Below, one piece after another: positions 34,840 to 43,746 of a stretch of 64,000 nt of DNA. The stretch is from an uncultured Collinsella sp. GTDB lineage: Bacteria; Actinomycetota; Coriobacteriia; Coriobacteriales; Coriobacteriaceae. Position numbers and translations under genes: made by a program. The notes beneath the pieces were generated by a model, which was not told where the DNA came from, did not search any database, and was given only the letters and a program-made list of their open reading frames with translations. Positions within the stretch are counted from its first letter, which is position 1. Every line of letters starts with the position of its first letter. The DNA lies in contig CABVDJ010000001.1 in NCBI GenBank assembly GCA_902497025.1, forward strand, positions 11,323-75,322. Reading direction: 5' to 3'.

Positions 34840-37665
34840 ATGGGAGGAAACGTGGCTGAGAACCTAAGCAACCAGTCTGTACCCGAAGCCGCGGCGCGCG
34901 TCGCTGCCGTGGTCAACCGCCTCGTTAACCGAATCGGCTCGAATGCCGAGTCCAGGGAGCGTCTCGCCGAGATCGAGATCCCCGAGGAGCTGCGCGACAA
35001 TCTGGCGCTGTTCTTGCGCCTGGAGCGCCGTGTGCTTAGCGAGTATGATCCCGAGATCGCGGACCTGTTCGACAAGATTTTGACAGCCGAGATTGTGGTC
35101 AATGCCGGCAACCCCGGTACCTGCGCTGCCGACGAAGCCGTCGACGAGCAGGGCGTGCCCACCGCCGACGAGCCCACTGCCGTGGCATTTCGTGAGGTCG
35201 TCGATTTGATCGACAGCCTGCCGCTCGATAAGCAGCAGGTCATCGTTCGCGCCTTTACGAGCTTTTTCCATCTGGCAAACCTGTCGGAGGAGAACTACCG
35301 TGTGGCGCAGCTGCGCGAGCGCGAGGCCGGTGCGTCGACCGATACCGAGGTCGATCCTGCCAACGAGCTTACCGTTGCCTATCACCAGCTGGTGAATGAG
35401 CTGGGTGTCGAGGGTGCCAACGAGCTGCTCGACAAGCTCGAGTTCCACCCTGTCTTTACCGCACATCCCACCGAGGCCCGTCGTAAGGCCGTCGAGGGCA
35501 AGATCCGCCGTATCTCCAACCTGCTGGAGGAGCGTCCGCGTCTGGGCGGCTCCGACCTGGTGGAGAACGAGCGCCATATGCTGCAGGAGATCGACGCCCT
35601 GGTGCGTACGAGTCCCATCGCGCTCAAGAAGCCCACGCCGGTCGAGGAAGCCGATACCATCATCGACATCTTCGATAACACGCTGTTCGACGTTATCCCC
35701 GTTATCTATCGTCGTTTTGACGATTGGGTGCTGGGCGACAAGGCCGGTACTGTGCCGCCGCTGTGCCCGGCGTTCTTCCATCCCGGCAGCTGGATCGGTT
35801 CCGACCGCGACGGTAACCCCAACGTCACCGCCAAGGTGAGCCGTGAGGTCGCCGCCAAGTACTTTACGCACATGGTGCTCAAGCTCGAGGACAAGTGCCG
35901 CCACATCGGCCGCAACCTCACGCTCGAGGCTACCTACAGCAAGCCGTCGGCCGAGCTCATTAACCTGTGGAACCATCAGGTCGAGATGAGCCCTCGTTAC
36001 ACGGCCCGCGCCGAGCTGATCTCCGAGCACGAGCCGCATCGCGCCGTCATGCTCGTCATGGCCGACCGCCTGAACGCCACCGTCCGTCGTATCACCGACA
36101 CCATGTACCACAGCGCCGACGAGTTCCTGGATGACCTGCGCGTCGTCCAGCGTTCGCTGGCCGCCTGCGGTGCCGTCCGTGCTGCCTACGGCCCGGTCCA
36201 AACCATCATCTGGCAGGTCGAGTCCTTCGGCTTCCATATGGTCGAGATGGAGTTCCGTCAGCACTCCGTGGTGCATGCCCGCGCCCTTAAGGATATCCAC
36301 GAGAACGGTATCCATGGCGACCTGCAGCCCATGACGCGCGAGGTCATCGATACCTTCCGCGCTATCGGCTCCATCCAAAAGCGCTACGGCAAGAAGATGG
36401 CGCACCGCTACATCATCTCGTTTACCAAGAGCGCTCAGCATGTGGCCGACGTCTTTGAGCTGGCGCACCTGTCCTTTGCACACGAGGAGGATGCCCCCGA
36501 GCTCGACGTGATCCCGTTGTTCGAGCAGCTCGAGGACCTCGAGGGCTGTGTCGACGTGCTCGACCAGATGCTTACGCTGCCCGTGGTGCAAAAGCGCCTT
36601 GCCCAGACCAACCGCCGCATGGAGGTCATGCTGGGCTATTCCGACTCCTCCAAGGACGCCGGTCCTACCACGGCCATGCTCGCGCTGCACTCCGCGCAGG
36701 AGCGCATCGCCAAGTGGGCCGAGAAGAACGATATCGACCTGGTGCTCATGCACGGTCGCGGCGGTGCCGTGGGCCGTGGTGGCGGCCCGGCCAACAAGGC
36801 CGTGCTGGCGCAGCCCAAGGGTTCGGTCAACTGCTTCTTTAAGCTCACCGAGCAGGGCGAGGTCATCTTTGCCCGTTACGGCAACCGCACGCTGGCTCAG
36901 CGCCATGTTGAGTCCGTTGCTGCCGCAACGCTTTTGCAGTCGGCCCCGAGTGTCGAGAAGACCAACACCGAGACCACGCAGAAGTTCTGGGATATGGCCG
37001 AGAAGCTCAACACCGCAAGCCACGAGCGCTATCTGGACCTGCTGAACACCGAGGACTTTACACCGTGGTTCTCGACCGTGACGCCGCTGACCGAGGTCGG
37101 TCTGCTGCCGATCGGCTCGCGTCCGGCCAAGCGCGGTCTGGGTGCGAAGTCACTCGACGACCTGCGTACCATTCCGTGGATCTTCAGCTGGAGCCAGGCG
37201 CGCATTAACCTGGCCGCTTGGTACGGCCTGGGCACCGCCTGCGAGCAGCTTGGCGATCTTGACCAGCTCAAGGCTGCCTACCAGGAGTGGCCGTTCTTCC
37301 GCACCTTTATCGACAATATTGAGATGTCGATCGCCAAGACCGATCAGCGCATCGCCAAGATGTATCTGCACCTGGGCGATCGCCAGGATCTGTCCGAGAA
37401 GGTCTTTACCGAGATGCAGCTCACGCGTAAGTGGGTCCTTGCCATCGTCGGTGATGAATGGCCGCTGCAGCGTCGTCGCGTGCTCGGCTGCGCCGTTCGC
37501 GTGCGTAACCCCTACGTTGACGCCCTGTCCATCGCCCAGGTTCGCGCCCTTCGTGAGGTGCGTATGAACCAGGACGAGATGGCCGAGGAGAAGAAGGCCG
37601 AGTACATGAGCCTGATTCTTTCGACTGTGACCGGCGTCTCGGCAGGACTGCAGAACACGGGGTAA
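34840..37665 (+). CDS. ppc: phosphoenolpyruvate carboxylase
   Basis: TAHPTE, VMLGYSDSSKDAG and HGRGGAVGRGGGP signatures and the C-terminal QNTG. The start is either ATG 34840 or GTG 34852. Confidence 0.95.
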   Translation: MGGNVAENLSNQSVPEAAARVAAVVNRLVNRIGSNAESRERLAEIEIPEELRDNLALFLRLERRVLSEYDPEIADLFDKILTAEIVVNAGNPGTCAADEAVDEQGVPTADEPTAVAFREVVDLIDSLPLDKQQVIVRAFTSFFHLANLSEENYRVAQLREREAGASTDTEVDPANELTVAYHQLVNELGVEGANELLDKLEFHPVFTAHPTEARRKAVEGKIRRISNLLEERPRLGGSDLVENERHMLQEIDALVRTSPIALKKPTPVEEADTIIDIFDNTLFDVIPVIYRRFDDWVLGDKAGTVPPLCPAFFHPGSWIGSDRDGNPNVTAKVSREVAAKYFTHMVLKLEDKCRHIGRNLTLEATYSKPSAELINLWNHQVEMSPRYTARAELISEHEPHRAVMLVMADRLNATVRRITDTMYHSADEFLDDLRVVQRSLAACGAVRAAYGPVQTIIWQVESFGFHMVEMEFRQHSVVHARALKDIHENGIHGDLQPMTREVIDTFRAIGSIQKRYGKKMAHRYIISFTKSAQHVADVFELAHLSFAHEEDAPELDVIPLFEQLEDLEGCVDVLDQMLTLPVVQKRLAQTNRRMEVMLGYSDSSKDAGPTTAMLALHSAQERIAKWAEKNDIDLVLMHGRGGAVGRGGGPANKAVLAQPKGSVNCFFKLTEQGEVIFARYGNRTLAQRHVESVAAATLLQSAPSVEKTNTETTQKFWDMAEKLNTASHERYLDLLNTEDFTPWFSTVTPLTEVGLLPIGSRPAKRGLGAKSLDDLRTIPWIFSWSQARINLAAWYGLGTACEQLGDLDQLKAAYQEWPFFRTFIDNIEMSIAKTDQRIAKMYLHLGDRQDLSEKVFTEMQLTRKWVLAIVGDEWPLQRRRVLGCAVRVRNPYVDALSIAQVRALREVRMNQDEMAEEKKAEYMSLILSTVTGVSAGLQNTG

Positions 37666-37688
37666 TCGATAGCCCTGTGGCTCTCACC

Positions 37689-37815
37689 GGGACCCGATGG
37701 GTTTCCCTCTGAATGCGTCCTCGCACTTGAAGCCCCCTTATCCTGCTCTTCTGGAGCTGCGGATAAGGGGGCTTCGTGCTGCGGAATGCATTCAGAGGGA
37801 AACCCATCGGGTCCC
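37689..37815. repeat. Nested palindrome (28-bp outer stem enclosing a 15-bp hairpin) after ppc
   Basis: Outer stem GGGACCCGATGGGTTTCCCTCTGAATGC (37689-37716) / GCATTCAGAGGGAAACCCATCGGGTCCC (37788-37815). Inner stem GAAGCCCCCTTATCC (37729-37743) / GGATAAGGGGGCTTC (37761-37775). Both are perfect. Confidence 0.8.
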
Positions 37816-38130
37816 TGCGTCCTCGGTCTTCTGGGATCAAAGCTGAAAAGAAGAATGGTGCGCTTCGCGCGTTTTGGATGGGGTCTGTCCCGGCGGCGCG
37901 TTTGGCGCTTCGCGCCTCGCGTCTTATCGATCGGGATTGAGATGCATTTGACGCTTCTCGCCTTACGACTGTAGCGGCCGCGGTCCCGTTTGGGGTCGCG
38001 GCTGTTTTGTTGTGGGTCAAATATGAACGTTGTGTTAATGAGTCGGTGGACGGTGGTGTTTTTCGGTGAGCGGCGTATCCTTCCAACGGTTTATCTAGTG
38101 TGTCAGTTGAAAGGAAGAGGGCGCTCGTCA

Positions 38131-39408
38131 TTGTTTGAATGTGAACTGCCGTTTGACCACAAGACGTTGCATCTGGAGCTCGAGGATAAGAACTTCGCGG
38201 GTGTGATGGAAGGTCATCAAAACGAGTTTAAGACTACAAAATCACAGGAAGAGCTGGTAGAGGAGTCACTTGCCAACCCTTATGGCTCGCCTTCGCTCGA
38301 GGAGCTTTGTGCTGGCAAGAAGGATATCGTCATTATTAGCTCCGATCATACGCGCCCCGTTCCCTCGCGTGTGACGATGCCTATTCTGCTGCATCACATC
38401 CATTCCGCTGCGCCCGAGGCTCGAGTGCGTATTTTGGTTGCTACGGGTATGCATCGTCCTTCGACGCACGAGGAGCTCGTCAACAAGTACGGCGAGGAGA
38501 TCGTTGCCAACGAGGAAATCGTTATGCACGTCGCGACTGACGACAGCATGATGAAAAAGATCGGCACCCTGCCTTCTGGTGGCGAGTGCATCATCAACAA
38601 GATTGCCGCCGATTGCGATCTGCTGCTTGCCGAGGGCTTCATTGAGCCGCATTTCTTTGCCGGTTTCTCTGGCAGCCGTAAGTCCGTCCTGCCTGGTATC
38701 GCCAGCTACAAGACCATCATGTACAACCACAACGGTCAGTTTGTGAATGATTCCCACTCGCGTGCCGGCAACCTGTGCCACAACCACGTGAGCGAGGACA
38801 TGTTTGCCGCTGCCGAGATGGCTCACCTTGCCTTTGTGCTTAACGTGGTGCTCAACGGCAAGCACGAGGTCATCGGCTCCTTTGCCGGCGATATCCACAA
38901 GGCGCACGAGGCTGGCTGCGAGTTCGTGAAGAGCCTTGCCGGCGTTGAGCCCGTTGAGTGCGAGATTGCCATCACCACCAACGGCGGCTACCCGCTCGAC
39001 CAGAACATCTACCAGGCCGTGAAGGGCATGTGCTCTGCCGAGGCTACGCTTCCCGAGAGTGGTGTGATCATCGACGTCGCCGGCTGTGCCGACGGTCACG
39101 GTGGCGAGGGCTTCTATCACAACATCGCCGACAACGATCCGGCAGAGTTTGAGCGTGCCTGCATCGACCGTCCTAAGGACGAGACCCTGCCCGACCAGTG
39201 GACGAGCCAGATCTTTGCCCGCATCCTGGCGCATCACCCTGTGATCATGGTTACCGACCTGTGCGATCACCGGATGATCAAGGATATGCACATGACGCCG
39301 GTCAACACCCTCGATGAGGCGCTCAAGCTCGCCTTTGAGATGAAGGGTGCCGATGCCAAGGTGGCCGTCATTCCCGATGGCCTGGGCGTTGTCGTCGCTC
39401 AGCACTAG
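38131..39408 (+). CDS. larA: nickel-pincer (NPN) cofactor-dependent racemase/epimerase, LarA family
   Basis: SSDHTRPVP and EPHFFAGFSGSRKSVLPG (the Lys corresponds to the NPN attachment site in L. plantarum LarA, from memory). A TTG start at 38131 after AAAGGAAGAGGG gives 425 aa, the usual LarA length. The 37990 start in the track adds an implausible 47 aa. Confidence 0.8.
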   Translation: MFECELPFDHKTLHLELEDKNFAGVMEGHQNEFKTTKSQEELVEESLANPYGSPSLEELCAGKKDIVIISSDHTRPVPSRVTMPILLHHIHSAAPEARVRILVATGMHRPSTHEELVNKYGEEIVANEEIVMHVATDDSMMKKIGTLPSGGECIINKIAADCDLLLAEGFIEPHFFAGFSGSRKSVLPGIASYKTIMYNHNGQFVNDSHSRAGNLCHNHVSEDMFAAAEMAHLAFVLNVVLNGKHEVIGSFAGDIHKAHEAGCEFVKSLAGVEPVECEIAITTNGGYPLDQNIYQAVKGMCSAEATLPESGVIIDVAGCADGHGGEGFYHNIADNDPAEFERACIDRPKDETLPDQWTSQIFARILAHHPVIMVTDLCDHRMIKDMHMTPVNTLDEALKLAFEMKGADAKVAVIPDGLGVVVAQH

Positions 39409-39457
39409 TACGCGGCCTAAACGAATCGTTTATAACCGACAAGAAAGATAAGGTTTT

Positions 39458-40189
39458 ATGCTTACCAAACTCCTCTGCGAATTCGGCGCAACGGCCCTCA
39501 TGATCATCTTTGGCGTGGGCGTGCACTGCGATACCGTGCTCAAGGGCACCAAGTATCAGGGTTCCGGCCATATGTTTGCCATCACCACTTGGTCTTTTGG
39601 CATCTCGGTCTGCCTGTTTGTCTTTGGCGGCGCCGTGTGCATGAACCCGGCTATGGTGCTCGCCCAGTGCATCGTAGGTCTGGTGCCGTGGGGCAGCTGC
39701 ATCCCCTTCATGATCGCCGATATGCTCGGCGGCTTTGTGGGCGCTGTAATCGCTTGGCTTATGTACGCCGATGAGTTCAAGGCTTCCGAGGGCGTCGTCG
39801 ACCCCATTGCCCAGCGCAACATCTTCTCGACCAACCCCACCACCGAGGGCACCAACTATGCCCGTAACTTCTTCTGCGAGGCTATCTGCACCTTCGTGTT
39901 CATCAGCGCCATCCTTGCTGCTGCTAGCCGCGCCGGCGAGAACGTTCTGATGCTCGCTATCTGCGTCGGTCTGATCGTTTGGGCCGTCGGCATGGGCATG
40001 GGCGGCATCACCGGCTTCGCCATGAACCAGGCTCGTGACCTTGGTCCTCGCATGGCCTATCAGGTGCTGCCGATCAAGAACAAGGCCGATAACAACTGGA
40101 AGTACGGCCTGCTCGTTCCTGGCATCGCGCCGTTTGTCGGTGCCGCTCTGGCCGCGCTGTTTGTGCATGGTTTCTTGGGCATGTTCTAG
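39458..40189 (+). CDS. MIP-family channel (aquaglyceroporin, LarD-like context)
   Basis: Six TM helices. First NPA box intact (MNPAMV). The second reads NQA (MNQARDLGPR; codons aac cag gct). Confidence 0.85.
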   Translation: MLTKLLCEFGATALMIIFGVGVHCDTVLKGTKYQGSGHMFAITTWSFGISVCLFVFGGAVCMNPAMVLAQCIVGLVPWGSCIPFMIADMLGGFVGAVIAWLMYADEFKASEGVVDPIAQRNIFSTNPTTEGTNYARNFFCEAICTFVFISAILAAASRAGENVLMLAICVGLIVWAVGMGMGGITGFAMNQARDLGPRMAYQVLPIKNKADNNWKYGLLVPGIAPFVGAALAALFVHGFLGMF

Positions 40190-40211
40190 TCCAAGGCTAC
40201 ATAGGTTGTTC

Positions 40212-40336
40212 GCCGTCCGCATGGGGTAACTTCCCAGCGCGTCCTCGGACATGCAAAAAGGCTCGCTGCGCACTTTATGCGGCGAGCCTTTTTGCGTCCT
40301 GCGGAGTGCGCTGGGAAGTTACCCCATGCGGACGGC
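40212..40336. repeat. Nested palindrome (29-bp outer stem enclosing a 14-bp hairpin) after the MIP gene
   Basis: Outer stem GCCGTCCGCATGGGGTAACTTCCCAGCGC (40212-40240) / GCGCTGGGAAGTTACCCCATGCGGACGGC (40308-40336). Inner stem GCAAAAAGGCTCGC (40253-40266) / GCGAGCCTTTTTGC (40282-40295). Same architecture and junction motif (GCGTCCTCG) as 37689-37815. Confidence 0.8.
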
Positions 40337-40493
40337 TGCGGGGTCTTTGTTGCGTTCGCACAAGCAACCCAACATATATATCTGAATTTGGATGGGAGGG
40401 GCTTGTTGCTGTTGGGGGGTATTGAAGCGCGAGTGGCACTTTGGGATGCGTGGCGGCCTGGGTTGGGGCGATGCTTTAGGTTGAGCCTCTTAC

Positions 40494-41033
40494 TTAGTTG
40501 AAGAGGGGTTTTATGGCTGATAGGTAGTCTTTGGCTACTTCGGCCTTATCTGCTTGGAAGTTGTGCCAGGCCCACCATTGGACCATTCCTACGAAGCTTG
40601 AGGCTATGTGGTGTAGTAGGAAGCTGCGGTCCATGGTGCCGGCGGGGCCGTTTGGGTCGGTAGGGACGGTTTCGGCTGCGCGCGACATGATGGTCTTGCG
40701 GAGACAGTCGGCGAAGACGCGGGAGCCGGCGCCGGCTACGAGGGCTCGAACGCCCTGACGGCGTTCCCAGAGGTTGTTGAGGATATGCTCGACCTGCACG
40801 AGTGGGTCGTCGAGCGGTGTGCCATCGTCGTCGAGGGCGTGGGTGCAGATGTCGCTCACGAGCTCGGACAGTAGGTCGTCTTTGCTCTTAAAGAGGCCGT
40901 AGAATGTCGCGCGGCCTACGTGGGCGCGCGCGATGATGTCGCCGACGGTGATCTTGCCGTAGTCCTCTTCGCGTAGCAGCTCGGAGAACGCCGCGACGAT
41001 CGCGGCGCGGCTTTTGGCCTTGCGGGCATCCAT
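40494..41033 (-). CDS. TetR/AcrR-family transcriptional regulator
   Basis: N-terminal HTH (ITVGDIIARAHVGRATFYGLFKSKDDLL) and a helical ligand-binding domain. The start lies 2 nt after the larC stop, so it is probably co-transcribed. Confidence 0.85.
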   Translation of the reverse strand: MDARKAKSRAAIVAAFSELLREEDYGKITVGDIIARAHVGRATFYGLFKSKDDLLSELVSDICTHALDDDGTPLDDPLVQVEHILNNLWERRQGVRALVAGAGSRVFADCLRKTIMSRAAETVPTDPNGPAGTMDRSFLLHHIASSFVGMVQWWAWHNFQADKAEVAKDYLSAIKPLFN

Positions 41034-41035
41034 GG

Positions 41036-41947
41036 CTATGCGTCCTCGTCAACGAGGAGACAACGGAGCGTGCCGGAGCAACCCTCGTAGGGGCGTTTGC
41101 CGGCGCCGTAGCCGACGGCTTTGATGCGGTAACGGGCCGGCAGGTGCTCGGACGTGCGCAGTGCGGCGACGATGGCGGCGCCCGTGGGCGTCACGAGCTC
41201 GCCGGCGACCGGTGCGGGCGTGAGAGCGATATTGCCTGCTTGGCATAGGTTGATGACGGCGGGCACCGGGATGGGCATAAGGCCGTGGGCGCAGCGGATG
41301 GTGCCGTGGCCCTCGGAAAGCGACTCGACCACGATGTCCTCAATACCCAGGTCATCGAGGCAGATAGCGACAGAGCAGACGTCGACGATGGAGTCGACGG
41401 CGCCTACCTCGTGAAACAGGACGGTGTCGGGCGTTTTGCCGTGAGCCTTGGCCTCGGCAGCAGCGAGTACGGAAAAAATGGCAAGGGCGCGACGCTTGGC
41501 GCCATCGCTTAGCTGTGAGCCGTCGATGATGGCGGTGACGTCCGCCAAAGAACGGTGGTGGTGGGCGTGATGGTGACCCTCGTGGCGATGACCGTGGCCC
41601 TCATGGTCATGCTCGTGGCAGTGCTCGTGTTCATGCCCGCCATGATCATGATGGTGGTGCTCATGCTCGTGTGTGTGCTCGGCAGCTGCTTCGTTGCCGT
41701 AGAGCCAGGCCATGTCGTGGTCGTGGTTCTCGAGCTCCTCTGCCAGCTGAACGTCAAAGTCGCAGGCGTCGATGCCATGCTTGTTTACGCGCGTCACGGA
41801 GATCGAAAAGCCGTCGACCGGCAGCGTGGCGAGCTGTTCGCGCAGGTGCTCCTCGCTGGCGCCCAGGTCGAGCAGGGCCGCGACGGTCATATCGCCGCTG
41901 ATGCCCGAGGTGCCGTCGATGATAAGCGTATGCTGATGGTTGGACAT
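41036..41947 (-). CDS. larC: LarC-family nickel insertion protein, N-terminal (LarC1-like) portion only, with a His-rich tract
   Basis: DUF111-type start LIIDGTSGISGDM. His-rich run HTHEHEHHHHDHGGHEHEHCHEHDHEGHGHRHEGHHHAHHH. Ends ..GYGAGKRPYEGCSGTLRCLLVDEDA at 303 aa. Full-length LarC is about 400-420 aa as I recall. Confidence 0.8.
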   Translation of the reverse strand: MSNHQHTLIIDGTSGISGDMTVAALLDLGASEEHLREQLATLPVDGFSISVTRVNKHGIDACDFDVQLAEELENHDHDMAWLYGNEAAAEHTHEHEHHHHDHGGHEHEHCHEHDHEGHGHRHEGHHHAHHHRSLADVTAIIDGSQLSDGAKRRALAIFSVLAAAEAKAHGKTPDTVLFHEVGAVDSIVDVCSVAICLDDLGIEDIVVESLSEGHGTIRCAHGLMPIPVPAVINLCQAGNIALTPAPVAGELVTPTGAAIVAALRTSEHLPARYRIKAVGYGAGKRPYEGCSGTLRCLLVDEDA

Positions 41948-41957
41948 GGAATGCTCC

Positions 41958-42740
41958 TTAACGGGCGCGGGATGTACCGGCGCTCAGATGATTGATAAGA
42001 CTTGCCTGGTAGGCGGCACCAAAGCCGTTGTCGATATTGACGACCGAAACGCCACTGGCGCAGGAGTTGAGCATGGCGAGCAGCGCGGCTACGCCACCAA
42101 AGCTCGCGCCGTAGCCCACGCTGGTGGGAACGGCAATGACCGGACAGCTCACCAGGCCGCCGATAACGCTCGCCAGGGCGCCTTCCATGCCGGCGATGGC
42201 GATGACCACCTGCGCCTGGGCAAGTTCCTCGGCATGAGCGAGCAGGCGGTGCAGGCCGGCGACACCCACGTCGTAGAGGCGGTCGACCTCGTTGCCGTAG
42301 AACTCGGCCGTCAGTGCCGCCTCTTCGGCGACGGGCAGGTCGCTCGTGCCGGCGCAGGCGACGACAACGCGTCCGTTACCGGTGGGGGAGGGCTTGCCAC
42401 CCACCAGGGCGAGCTGGGCGTTCGGGGCATATCCCAGGTCGATGCCGTTGCCGAGAAGCTCCGAGGTACGGGCTGCTTTTTCGCTGTCCAGGCGCGTGAC
42501 CAGGATGCGCTCCTGACCGGCATCGCGCAGCGCTTCGATAATGGCGGCAATTTGCTCGGCGGTTTTACCGGCGCCGTAGACAACCTCGCCGGCTCCCTGA
42601 CGCACCCCGCGCGAAAGATCGAGCTGCGCAAAACCCAGATCGGCGGTTGGCGCCGTCTGGAGGCGCGTGAGGGCGACTGCCGGGGTGACTACTCCGTCGG
42701 CAACATCGCTCAGCAATTGCTCAAGATCTCGCTTATCCAT
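41958..42740 (-). CDS. larB: LarB (pyridinium-3,5-biscarboxylic acid mononucleotide synthase; PurE-like)
   Basis: PurE-like C-terminal half (VVVACAGTSDLPVAEEA.. IAIAGMEGALASVIGG.. PVIAVPTSVGYG). ATG at 42740 lies 6 nt after GAAGGGA. Confidence 0.85.
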   Translation of the reverse strand: MDKRDLEQLLSDVADGVVTPAVALTRLQTAPTADLGFAQLDLSRGVRQGAGEVVYGAGKTAEQIAAIIEALRDAGQERILVTRLDSEKAARTSELLGNGIDLGYAPNAQLALVGGKPSPTGNGRVVVACAGTSDLPVAEEAALTAEFYGNEVDRLYDVGVAGLHRLLAHAEELAQAQVVIAIAGMEGALASVIGGLVSCPVIAVPTSVGYGASFGGVAALLAMLNSCASGVSVVNIDNGFGAAYQASLINHLSAGTSRAR

Positions 42741-42784
42741 ATATGTTCCCTTCGACGGCGCAAAGTCTAGCACTCAAAGGGTAT

Positions 42785-42818
42785 GTTTCCGAACACTAAG
42801 ACAAAATTGTTCGGAAAC
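42785..42818. promoter_or_regulatory. 11-bp inverted repeat upstream of larB (candidate operator)
   Basis: GTTTCCGAACA (42785-42795), 12-nt gap, TGTTCGGAAAC (42808-42818). Lies 45-78 nt upstream of the larB start on the minus strand. Confidence 0.45.
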
Positions 42819-42854
42819 TATAGGACAGACTGATTCTATTGTTAGAAGGATCGA

Positions 42855-43490
42855 CTAGTCGCGCAGGATGATATCCATGGCGAGTATCAGGTTGCGCTCG
42901 TCGATGGCAAACGGGGCGGCTTCGCGCGTCTTGGGCTTGGCGCAAAACGCGATGCCCGTGCCCGCGGCCTGAATCATGGGGATGTCGTTGGCGCCGTCGC
43001 CGATCGCGACGGTGTGGGCCATGTCGACACCGCACTCAACTGCCCAATCTAGCAGCTGAATGAGCTTGGATTCCTTGGTCACAATGTCTGCCGCCAGCTT
43101 ACCCGTGAGCTTGCCGTCCACGACTTCCAGACGGTTGGCCAGGCAAAAATCGATGCCCGCGGCGGCCACGATCTTGTCGGCGACCTCGTGGAAGCCGCCG
43201 CTCACCACGCCGACCTTCCAGCCCTTGCTGTGCGCCGAGCGCACAAGCTCCAGCGCGCCGGGAGTAAACGTCACGCGCTCAAAGGTGCGCTCGAACACGC
43301 TCTCATCCAAGCCGGCAAGCAGCCCCACGCGCTCCTCGAGCGCCTGCTTAAAGTCAAGCTCGCCGCGCATGGCGCGTTCGGTGATCTGTGCAACTTGCTC
43401 TCCCACGCCGGCTTCCTCGCCCAACAGGTCGATGACTTCCTGGTTGATGAGCGTGGAGTCGATATCCATAACGATGAGGCGTGCAGTCAT
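42855..43490 (-). CDS. serB: phosphoserine phosphatase (HAD superfamily, SerB-like)
   Basis: HAD motif I VMDIDSTLI, motif II VSGG, and the motif III/IV region K..GDGANDIPM. ATG at 43490 lies 6 nt after GAAAGG. Confidence 0.85.
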   Translation of the reverse strand: MTARLIVMDIDSTLINQEVIDLLGEEAGVGEQVAQITERAMRGELDFKQALEERVGLLAGLDESVFERTFERVTFTPGALELVRSAHSKGWKVGVVSGGFHEVADKIVAAAGIDFCLANRLEVVDGKLTGKLAADIVTKESKLIQLLDWAVECGVDMAHTVAIGDGANDIPMIQAAGTGIAFCAKPKTREAAPFAIDERNLILAMDIILRD

Positions 43491-43746
43491 GGCGGGCCTT
43501 TCCGAGTGCAGTTGTATTGGGGCACATTGTCGCACGCGGCGCGCCTGGGCGACGGCCAGGCCGCGTCAATTGTTTCGTCTCCGTCAAGTCTTTGGGCAAG
43601 AGTTACTTTTTCGCGGTACATCGACACAGGTGCGATAAGATAGAACGCCATGTCCGGCTGCGCGGTTTACGCAGGCTGGGCAAATCTGTACGACGCCGCC
43701 CGGAACGACACGGGGCGGCACAGATCCATAAAGGAGGATCACTGGT

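Noticed and set aside
37830-38130. Small ORF 37786-37974 (62 aa), or a NiCo-type riboswitch, in the long leader before larA.
   Set aside because: The ORF is Arg/Leu-rich with no RBS and overlaps the palindromic element. I cannot recognise the NiCo (czcD) motif by eye. The region does contain a hairpin plus T-run at about 37974-38010, so an Rfam scan would still be worthwhile.
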